From positions 11,405 through 75,404 of the forward strand of contig JAVVVE010000006.1 of the NCBI GenBank assembly GCA_036652815.1: 64,000 nucleotides of DNA. Direction: 5' to 3'. The notes under the pieces are model-generated. The model was not told the origin of the DNA. It searched no databases and saw nothing but the letters and a program-made list of their open reading frames with translations. Source of the stretch: Lachnospiraceae bacterium. GTDB taxonomy: Bacteria; Bacillota; Clostridia; Lachnospirales; Lachnospiraceae. Below, in pieces: positions 55,648 through 64,000 of the stretch (positions are counted from its first letter, which is position 1; every line of letters starts with the position of its first letter). A program made the translations under genes and the position numbers.

Positions 55648-55762
55648 CGCACCCTCCTGTTTTTAATTTCTTTCCATATAATTTTCAGCCAATCAGATCC
55701 TGCTAGAGAACATGCCTCATACAGAACTTAATTGGCTGAAAACAATATCTTGTCCTATGCTT

Positions 55763-56941
55763 TTAGTTTTTCCAAAAGCCCTTCTTTTTCTTATCATGTG
55801 CTTCATTTGCATCCGCACTGGCTTGCTTTGCTGCATTTAGGCTATCACCCGTCAATGCATCAAATTGCTGTAGTAATTCTTTGGCCTCCGGTGATATTTT
55901 ATCCGGAACCTGTACGACCAGAGTAACATATTGGTCTCCTCGTATCTCTTTATTACGCAGAGATGGTATGCCTTTTCCTTTTAAACGTACTTTGGTATCT
56001 GTCTGCGTGCCCGGTTTCACATCATAGATAACTCTGCCATCTATGGTGTCTATCAATATCTCACCACCCATAGTCGCTACAGCAAAGGACACCGGAACCG
56101 TAGAGAAGATATTGGTATCCTGACGCTGAAAAATAGGATGTCGCTGTACCACTACTTCTACCAAAAGATCGCCTCTTGGTCCTCTGTTGGCACCGGGTTC
56201 TCCTTTTTCTCTGATTCTGACACTCTGACCATTATCAATACCTGCCGGAATGGATACCTTGATAATCTTTTTATTGGCAATATAACCACTACCATGACAA
56301 TCCGGACATTTTTCTTTTACAACCTTACCACTGCCACCACAGTCCGGACAAGTCTGTACATTACGCACAGTTCCAAAGAATGATTGCTGTGTAAATACCA
56401 CCTGCCCTTTGCCGCCACATTTTGAACAGGTCTCAGGGTTCGTTCCCGCCTTGGCACCGCTTCCATGACAAGAACCACATTCATCTTTTAAGGTAAGTTC
56501 AATGTCTTTATCAACACCAAACGCTGCCTCTTGAAAAGTAATGTGTATACTTGTTCTCAGATTAGCACCCTTGGACGGCCCATTATTTGCCCTTCTTCCC
56601 GAGCTGCGTCCACCATCAAAGATATCTCCAAAGATATCTCCAAAGATGTCTCCGAAATCAGCTCCATTGAAGTCAAAACCGCCAAAGCCACCGGCTCCAC
56701 CACCACCGCCTTCAAAAGCAGCATGCCCAAATTGGTCATATTGACGCTTTTTCTCAGGATCGCTCAAAATGGCATAGGCCTCTGAAGCTTCTTTGAATTT
56801 CTTCTCAGCCTCTTTATCACCCGGATTCATATCCGGATGATATTTTTTAGCCAACACTCTATACGCTTTTTTCATTGCGGCTTCATCAGCGTTCTTGTCT
56901 ATTCCCAGAACTTCATAATAATCTCTTTTTTGCTCAGCCAT
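55763..56941 (-). CDS. dnaJ: Molecular chaperone DnaJ
   Basis: Has a J domain (DYYEVLG...HPD), a G/F-rich region and four CxxCxGxG zinc-finger repeats. Confidence 0.95.
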   Translation of the reverse strand: MAEQKRDYYEVLGIDKNADEAAMKKAYRVLAKKYHPDMNPGDKEAEKKFKEASEAYAILSDPEKKRQYDQFGHAAFEGGGGGAGGFGGFDFNGADFGDIFGDIFGDIFDGGRSSGRRANNGPSKGANLRTSIHITFQEAAFGVDKDIELTLKDECGSCHGSGAKAGTNPETCSKCGGKGQVVFTQQSFFGTVRNVQTCPDCGGSGKVVKEKCPDCHGSGYIANKKIIKVSIPAGIDNGQSVRIREKGEPGANRGPRGDLLVEVVVQRHPIFQRQDTNIFSTVPVSFAVATMGGEILIDTIDGRVIYDVKPGTQTDTKVRLKGKGIPSLRNKEIRGDQYVTLVVQVPDKISPEAKELLQQFDALTGDSLNAAKQASADANEAHDKKKKGFWKN

Positions 56942-56966
56942 TTTTTATTCCTTTTCCTGTATGTGA

Positions 56967-58853
<1,887 letters not shown>

Positions 58854-58904
58854 CTATTTTGGCTGTATGAATATTTGTTGTAATTGTTGTTATAACTATA
58901 AATA

Positions 58905-59543
58905 CTATTGTACGACCGCAACCATGCTATGTCTCACTACACTGTCACGATACAGATACCCTTTTTGTAGTTCCTGTGCCACAATCCCTGTTTCGTATTC
59001 TTCACTCTCTACCTGCATCACTGCATTGTGGAAATCAGGATTAAACTCTGTTCCGATAGCTTCTATTGGTTTTACACCAATACTATCTAATTCTGTCATC
59101 ATCTGTTTGTATATCTTACTCATGCCTTCTTCAAACGGATTCCCTCTGTCTGCTTCCGGAATCGCTTCCAAGCCTCTCTCGAAGTTATCTACCACCGGCA
59201 GAATCTTCTCGATTACACTTTTGGCACCCAATTCAAACATCTGCGATTTTTCTTTTTCGCTTCGTTTTCGGAAATTATCAAATTCTGCCATTTGGCGTTT
59301 GGTCTTATCTTCCAGTTCTTCGATTTTTTCCTTTAATTTATCTTGTTTCTTGTCTGGTTTTTGTTTTTTTCTAAAGCCCTTTGTGTCCTGAGTATTCTCT
59401 TCGTTAGGCTGTTCCTTGGATTTTTCCTCTTCAGATATCTGTTCTTCTGCTTCGGGTTCCTCTATTTCAATATCGTTTTCTTCTTTTGTTTCTGTTTCTG
59501 TTTCCTCTATAGTAACATTTTCCATATCTTTATTTTCCTGCAA
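58905..59543 (-). CDS. grpE: Nucleotide exchange factor GrpE
   Basis: 212 aa. Has an acidic N-terminus, then a GrpE core (RKRSEKEK...VLPVVDNFERGL...GYLYRDSVVRHSMV). Confidence 0.9.
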   Translation of the reverse strand: MQENKDMENVTIEETETETKEENDIEIEEPEAEEQISEEEKSKEQPNEENTQDTKGFRKKQKPDKKQDKLKEKIEELEDKTKRQMAEFDNFRKRSEKEKSQMFELGAKSVIEKILPVVDNFERGLEAIPEADRGNPFEEGMSKIYKQMMTELDSIGVKPIEAIGTEFNPDFHNAVMQVESEEYETGIVAQELQKGYLYRDSVVRHSMVAVVQ

Positions 59544-59600
59544 TCTCCTTCAAGCTCCTTCCTTCTGTTTATTCTTCTGTTTCTTGCTCTGCCTATTCGA

Positions 59601-60629
59601 TTAGGTCTTCTTATACAACACATCTAATTGATTCCTTAATAGCTTAAGTGTACTGATAACCTTCTCATAATCCATCCGTTTAGGGCCGATAATCCCTATC
59701 GTTCCTCGCATACCTTCTTCTAATTCGTAGGTTGCTGTTACCACACTGCAGTCTTTCATGGTCTGAATCGGTGTTTCATCGCCTATATAGACCTGAATAC
59801 CTGTATTTTCTTCTGTCCCGAAAGTCTCATGCAGCAATTCTGCAAGCTGTTGTTTCTCTTCTAAGGTATTAATAAATTCACTCGCTCTTGTATGATCGCT
59901 TAATTCCGGATATTTGAATATATTATTGACGCCACTGGTGTAGATCTCCAGATCTTCTTCTGTTCGAATCGATTCTGCCACAGCATCCAACACATTACTA
60001 ACGATATCACTGTGAATCCCTGCCTTTTGTTTCAAAGCAGATATCATACCAAGGTTAATCTCATCAATAGAGAGACCATTCAAATGTGTATTCAATAAGA
60101 TATTTAATTTTAATATCGTCTCGTCATCCAAAGCTTGCGTTACCTGCAACATATTATTCTTAATAATATTACCTTCTACCACAATCACTGCCACCATCTG
60201 ATGTTCATCTACGCGAGATAGTTGTATAAACTTTAACTTATTCTTCTGATATCTCGGTGCTGAAATCATAGTTGCATACTCGGTATTGGCAGCAAGCACT
60301 TTCGCGACCTGTTGAAGCTGGCGCTCCAGTTTATCCTCTTTCTGTAAGAGCAGATCGTTCTTCTCCTCTACCTGACGTTCTTTTTCTTCCATCATAGCAT
60401 CTACATAAAGACGATACCCCTTATCCGATGGAATCCTTCCCGCCGATGTATGTGGCTGAACGATATAACCAAGCTCTTCCAAATCAGACATCTCATTGCG
60501 AATCGTTGCAGAGCTAAGATTCAAGTCTGTGAATTTGGAAATAGTACGTGAGCCAACAGGTTCCCCTGTTTCCAGATAATTGCGAATGATGGCTTGCAGT
60601 ATCCTCATTTTCCTATCATCCAATTGCAT
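59601..60629 (-). CDS. hrcA: Heat-inducible transcription repressor HrcA
   Basis: Begins MQLDDRKMRILQAIIRNYLETGEPVGSRTI... from the ATG at 60627-60629. The longer ORF-track start would run through the CIRCE operator. Confidence 0.9.
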   Translation of the reverse strand: MQLDDRKMRILQAIIRNYLETGEPVGSRTISKFTDLNLSSATIRNEMSDLEELGYIVQPHTSAGRIPSDKGYRLYVDAMMEEKERQVEEKNDLLLQKEDKLERQLQQVAKVLAANTEYATMISAPRYQKNKLKFIQLSRVDEHQMVAVIVVEGNIIKNNMLQVTQALDDETILKLNILLNTHLNGLSIDEINLGMISALKQKAGIHSDIVSNVLDAVAESIRTEEDLEIYTSGVNNIFKYPELSDHTRASEFINTLEEKQQLAELLHETFGTEENTGIQVYIGDETPIQTMKDCSVVTATYELEEGMRGTIGIIGPKRMDYEKVISTLKLLRNQLDVLYKKT

Positions 60630-60649
60630 CCTATCACATCCTTTTGTTA

Positions 60650-60676
60650 TTAGCACTCTGTTGATGTGAGTGCTAA
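60650..60676 (-). promoter_or_regulatory. CIRCE operator (HrcA binding site)
   Basis: TTAGCACTC-TGTTGATGT-GAGTGCTAA is a perfect match to TTAGCACTC-N9-GAGTGCTAA. It lies 21 nt upstream of the hrcA ATG. Confidence 0.95.
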
Positions 60677-60690
60677 CATCTTCTTTACCT

Positions 60691-60719
60691 AAATTATCAC
60701 TCTCTTAACTCGTTGTCAA
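60691..60719 (-). promoter_or_regulatory. SigA-type promoter of the hrcA-grpE-dnaK-dnaJ operon
   Basis: The minus strand reads TTGACA-17 nt-TAATTT, with a TG two bases upstream of the -10 (extended -10). It sits immediately upstream of CIRCE. Confidence 0.6.
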
Positions 60720-60756
60720 CACTATTATGCAAATTAAATTATAAAATAAGCATAAA

Positions 60757-60797
60757 GATTCAGCCCTCATCATTGCTGTAACGATGAGGGCTGAATC
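60757..60797 (-). terminator. Rho-independent terminator after the Ala/Lys/Pro-rich protein gene
   Basis: GATTCAGCCCTCATC-11 nt loop-GATGAGGGCTGAATC is a 15-bp perfect stem, followed on the minus strand by TTTATGCTTATTTT. Confidence 0.7.
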
Positions 60798-60818
60798 TTA
60801 GATAGCGTCATTTAGCTA

Positions 60819-61319
60819 TTAAATGTCAAAGCTGCCGATTGCGGTTCCGTTCATAACATAATATACTTTGTTTTCTTCCGGTTTTACATAAAGTTCAACC
60901 GATTTCAAATCATAGAGTTTATTCTTTAAGTCATATTTCCATACATCTTTTGCAATCTTAACAAGAGCTTCATCGGAATAGCTCTTCGTTGCATATTCTA
61001 TACTGATGCTTTCTTTAATAGCTGCCGGTTTTTTGAGAGCTGCGGTTTTTGCCGGAGCTGCGGTTTTTGCCGGAGCGGCTTTTTTTGTAGACTCTGGTTT
61101 TTTAATTGTTTTCTCTTTTTTAGCAGGTGTTGCTTTTTTTACAGGTGCTACTTTTTTAACAGCTTCTGCTTCGGGAGCCGGAGCTGCTGCTTTTACCTCT
61201 ACTGCCGATGTCACAACTGGTGCTGTTGTTGCCACAGGTTGTACAACAGGCTTAGCTACAGGCTTTGCAGCCGGAGTTGCCGTTGGTTTTACAGTTACTT
61301 TTGATTTGTAATCTTTCAT
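60819..61319 (-). CDS. Ala/Lys/Pro-rich (histone-H1-like low-complexity) protein with a small globular C-terminal domain
   Basis: 166 aa from the ATG at 61317-61319, with an AAAGGAG RBS. The sequence runs KPTATPAAKPVAKPVVQPV...KKAAPAKTAAPAKTAALKKPAA and then SIEYATKSYSDEALVKIAKDVWKYDLK...YYVMNGTAIGSFDI. Confidence 0.6.
   Translation of the reverse strand: MKDYKSKVTVKPTATPAAKPVAKPVVQPVATTAPVVTSAVEVKAAAPAPEAEAVKKVAPVKKATPAKKEKTIKKPESTKKAAPAKTAAPAKTAALKKPAAIKESISIEYATKSYSDEALVKIAKDVWKYDLKNKLYDLKSVELYVKPEENKVYYVMNGTAIGSFDI
61039..61074. repeat. Perfect 2 x 18-bp tandem direct repeat inside the Ala/Lys/Pro-rich gene
   Basis: GCTGCGGTTTTTGCCGGA occurs twice in tandem (61039-61056 and 61057-61074). 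It encodes the repeated AAPAKT unit on the minus strand. Confidence 0.9.
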
Positions 61320-61422
61320 AAGATTTACTCCTTTCACACGGTGTTACTTATCTTGTTATCATTACTTTTATGTAGTATATTAGAAATCTCTTTCAGTCTA
61401 AATAGCTATGAGATATGTGGAA

Positions 61423-61451
61423 AGTGTAGCTCTTCTCCACTTAATTGTCAA
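61423..61451 (-). promoter_or_regulatory. Candidate SigA-type promoter for the Ala/Lys/Pro-rich protein gene
   Basis: The minus strand reads TTGACA-17 nt-TACACT, leaving a leader of about 100 nt before the ATG at 61319. Confidence 0.45.
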
Positions 61452-61493
61452 CCTCTTCTTTGTTTTTTCATTTTTAGTCTTCGCAGAGTTCGA

Positions 61494-62894
61494 TTATTTT
61501 TCTCCCAAAACGGGTAAGGTAACTAAAAAAATACTTCCTTCTCCCGGGGTACTGATCAGCTCTATTGTTCCATTATAATATTCTACAATATGTTTCACAA
61601 TGGACAACCCCAGACCTGTTCCACCCATCTTCTTGCTCCTGCCTTTATCGACACGATAGAAGCGTTCAAAGATCCTATCTTTCTCTTCTTCGGAGATGCC
61701 CATACCGGTATCCTGCACCTCAATGACCATATTTTGCATTTGCCTTATAATGCGGACGGTAACACTTCCACCTGCATGATTATACTTAATCCCATTATTG
61801 ACCAGATTGGTAATCAGCTCTTGTATCTGCTGCATACTGGCTTCTATGATGATCGGTTCACATTCTCGGCAAAGCGTAACCTGATATGCGGTTGCAATCG
61901 GTTCCAAAGATTCAAATATCTCATCTAGCAGCGGAGACATCCGAACCATGGACAGCGTTACCTCTGCTTCCTTGGTTTCTAATCTGGATATCATCAGAAT
62001 ATCATCAATTAAGCTAGTCATATGATCCATCTCTTTTAAAATACGTATCATAAAATCCTGCTTCGTTTTTTCATCCTGTACAAATCCCTGACTGAGAAGT
62101 TCCGCATATCCTCTTACGGATGTAATCGGTGTTTTTAATTCATGGGATGCATTAGAAAAGAATTCCTGCCGTACTCTTTTTTCAAACTCTATCTGTTGTA
62201 TATGTGCCCCTATTTCGTCAGTCAAATGTGCCGTTGTATTGGATATAATATTGAGCTCCTCATATTGATAGTGCCGGTGATGAAAATTGGGTTCATTATA
62301 ATTGACTTTTCCCAGTTCCGTAGATATCTCGCGCAGCGGTTTTGTGATGGTATCGGTAAAACGAAACGTTAAAATCACTGAAATAATGAATGCAATCCCA
62401 ATACCAACTAACATCATGGGAAAAATAGCCACCAGGTAATCCAAAATACCGGCATAGGGAATCGCCAGGCGAATCATATAGTCCCCTTTTTGTGACACGC
62501 ATGCCACATATAGCATGTTCTTTTGCAGCGTGTCGGAATAGCGGTTGGCATAGCCTTGTCCATGAGCAATCGCATCTTTAATCTCTTGTCTATCCGCATG
62601 ATTCTCCATTTGTTGAATCTGCGTAGTTTCGGTATCAGCATATACCGTTCCATCGATACCAATCACACTAATACGAAGAGACTGATCGGGTGAAGATGCA
62701 TGGAGCTTGATTAACTCCTCCTGAATATCCTCTCCATAATCCAAAGAATAGTCCACTACATGTATCGTGTTTTGCATATTGGAAATATTATTGTCCAGCA
62801 TATGATTGCCAATGAAATAGTAAGAAATAGCGCTGCTAATAGCCAATGCTAATAGCAGCACACCAAAGAATCGAAATAATAAGGCACGTCTCAT
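61494..62894 (-). CDS. Sensor histidine kinase (PhoR-like)
   Basis: 466 aa. Has two TM helices, the H-box HELKTPITSVRGY, and N/G boxes (NLVNNGIKY, GGTGLGLSIV). Confidence 0.9.
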   Translation of the reverse strand: MRRALLFRFFGVLLLALAISSAISYYFIGNHMLDNNISNMQNTIHVVDYSLDYGEDIQEELIKLHASSPDQSLRISVIGIDGTVYADTETTQIQQMENHADRQEIKDAIAHGQGYANRYSDTLQKNMLYVACVSQKGDYMIRLAIPYAGILDYLVAIFPMMLVGIGIAFIISVILTFRFTDTITKPLREISTELGKVNYNEPNFHHRHYQYEELNIISNTTAHLTDEIGAHIQQIEFEKRVRQEFFSNASHELKTPITSVRGYAELLSQGFVQDEKTKQDFMIRILKEMDHMTSLIDDILMISRLETKEAEVTLSMVRMSPLLDEIFESLEPIATAYQVTLCRECEPIIIEASMQQIQELITNLVNNGIKYNHAGGSVTVRIIRQMQNMVIEVQDTGMGISEEEKDRIFERFYRVDKGRSKKMGGTGLGLSIVKHIVEYYNGTIELISTPGEGSIFLVTLPVLGEK

Positions 62895-62908
62895 GCAAAA
62901 TCTCCATT

Positions 62909-63595
62909 CTAACCAATAAAACGATATCCAACTCTTCGAACCGTCTGAATATACTGATTACCTGTTTCTCCTAGTTTCTGTCTTAAGGTTCGAATATGAA
63001 TATCAAGTGTTCTCGTTTCAATCTCTGTATTATAATCCCAGAGTTTATTTAATAATTCTTCTCGTCCTACCACTCTGCTTCTATTCTCAATCAGATAGCA
63101 CAGCAATTCATATTCTTTATAGGTAAGAGTCACCGGAACATCCTGTACAAATACTTCTCTGGTTGCCAGATTGACATACAACGAATCAAAGGTAACACTA
63201 TCCTGCTCTCCGTTTGTGACACCCGTGTCTGTTCGTCGCAACAAGGAACGAATCCTGGCTGCTAATTCTAATACGCTGAACGGTTTGGTTAGATAATCGT
63301 CTGCCCCACCGTCCAAGCCTATCACCTTATCGTATTCTTTATCTCTTGCCGTTAATATCATCAGTGGCATAGCATGGGTGCTTTTCTGTCTCCTTAGATA
63401 GGCAATCGCCTCTAAGCCGTCCATCCCCGGAAGCATCAAATCAAAAATGGCTAAATCCGGTTTCTCCGTCTCTATAGATTCCAATGCCGGTTCCGCTGCT
63501 TCATAAGAAGTAACCCGATATCCATATCCTTCCAATGCAATCGTAATCAGATTGCATATATTCTCATCGTCTTCGATTACAAATATATGTTGCAT
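62909..63595 (-). CDS. OmpR/PhoB-family response regulator
   Basis: 228 aa. Has a receiver domain (DLAIFDLMLPGMDG) and a winged-helix output domain (LTYKEYELLCYL...VRRVGYRF). Confidence 0.9.
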   Translation of the reverse strand: MQHIFVIEDDENICNLITIALEGYGYRVTSYEAAEPALESIETEKPDLAIFDLMLPGMDGLEAIAYLRRQKSTHAMPLMILTARDKEYDKVIGLDGGADDYLTKPFSVLELAARIRSLLRRTDTGVTNGEQDSVTFDSLYVNLATREVFVQDVPVTLTYKEYELLCYLIENRSRVVGREELLNKLWDYNTEIETRTLDIHIRTLRQKLGETGNQYIQTVRRVGYRFIG

Positions 63596-63609
63596 GCGTT
63601 CTGCCCTTT

Positions 63610-64000
63610 CTATTGTTCCGTCATCACATATTCAGCTATATTGGACGCATGATCTGAGATTCTCTCTAAATTACTGAGAATATCTAAGAATACGACTCCG
63701 CTTTCCGGTTCACATTTACCTTTGGATAATCTGCCTATGTGTTTTTCACGCATCTCTTCTTCCAGCTTATCTACATTATTCTCATATTCTTCTACCTTCT
63801 GCCCTGCTTCTCGGTTAGCTTCCCGTCTTGCGGTTACCGCCCATTCCAATGCATACAGTGCTTGTGTTGAGATCTCTTCCAGATCTGTAACACCTCGTTT
63901 AGAGAAGGATAACTTGTCCCGTCTTCGAACTTCTGCCAGTTCTGCAATATTCTCACAATGATCACCGATACGTTCCATATCACTAATCGTGTAGAACAGG
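63610..64000 (-). CDS. phoU: Phosphate signalling complex protein PhoU (partial; N-terminus beyond the right edge)
   Basis: Has the two PhoU repeat signatures (MERIGDHCENIA and LERISDHASNIA). The frame stays open upstream of the ORF-track Met to position 63999 (..LFYTISDMERIGD). Confidence 0.85.
   Translation of the reverse strand, partial: LFYTISDMERIGDHCENIAELAEVRRRDKLSFSKRGVTDLEEISTQALYALEWAVTARREANREAGQKVEEYENNVDKLEEEMREKHIGRLSKGKCEPESGVVFLDILSNLERISDHASNIAEYVMTEQ

Noticed and set aside
55682-55742. 12-bp inverted repeat (TTTTCAGCCAAT ... ATTGGCTGAAAA) between dnaJ and prmA as a terminator.
   Set aside because: The loop is 37 nt and no U tract follows on the minus strand. It does not fit an intrinsic terminator. 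It is mentioned only as a possible processing element.
56560-56750. Repeated gatatctccaaa units and several short ORFs on both strands within dnaJ.
   Set aside because: They encode the G/F-rich linker of DnaJ ([23 protein letters not shown]). The overlapping ORFs are artefacts of biased composition.
59340-59545. Pyrimidine-rich periodic tract (repeated ttctg/tttc units) that might look like a repeat array.
   Set aside because: It is the antisense of the Glu/Lys/Thr-rich acidic N-terminus of GrpE (EETETETKEENDIEIEEPEAEE). This is coding low complexity, not a CRISPR or regulatory repeat.

Overview
This is a chromosomal segment from a flagellated, low-GC Firmicute. Gene content and order look Clostridia/Lachnospiraceae-like, but that is inference only. 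65 of the 66 coding regions called are on the minus strand.

The window has three parts:

1. **Positions 1-30549: sugar-biosynthesis and glycosyltransferase island.** About 31 tightly packed genes sit directly downstream of the flagellin gene. The first is a Maf-family flagellin glycosyltransferase. The island encodes:
   - two NeuB-type PEP-condensing synthases
   - a CMP-sugar synthetase
   - a KdsC-phosphatase::GmhA-isomerase fusion
   - a GDP-heptose-type pathway
   - a CDP-polyol/TagF-like module
   - an amino-sugar tailoring set
   - transferases of the GT2, GT4, other GT-B and GT-D classes
   - a pyruvyl transferase and several methyltransferases

   It has no flippase, polymerase, exporter or lipid-carrier initiating transferase. 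The leftmost ~21 kb is visibly more AT-rich than the rest, and the island runs off the left edge of the window.

2. **Positions 30576-42133: late flagellar block.** The genes in transcription order are flgM-flgN-flgK-flgK'-flgL-fliW-csrA-flaG-fliD-fliS-fliT-like-fliC. Recognisable sigma-28 (SigD-type) promoters and CsrA sites in the fliC leader are present.

3. **Positions 42150-64000: housekeeping genes with strong Bacillus-like synteny.**
   - type III glutamine synthetase, U32 peptidase (TrhP-like), TrmR-like O-methyltransferase
   - RNase J, DUF1292, RuvX, IreB, MtaB
   - a degenerate HPr-like gene, the only plus-strand gene
   - ThiI, cysteine desulfurase, RsmE, PrmA
   - dnaJ-dnaK-grpE-hrcA with a perfect CIRCE operator
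   - an Ala/Lys/Pro-rich protein
   - a PhoR/PhoP-like two-component pair and a partial phoU

I saw no rRNA, tRNA, CRISPR array, transposase or integrase. The most interesting candidate is the flagellin-linked glycosylation island, especially its non-canonical ulosonic-acid module, heptose module and teichoic-acid-like CDP-polyol module. All functional calls come from motif and family recognition by eye; no database search was run.
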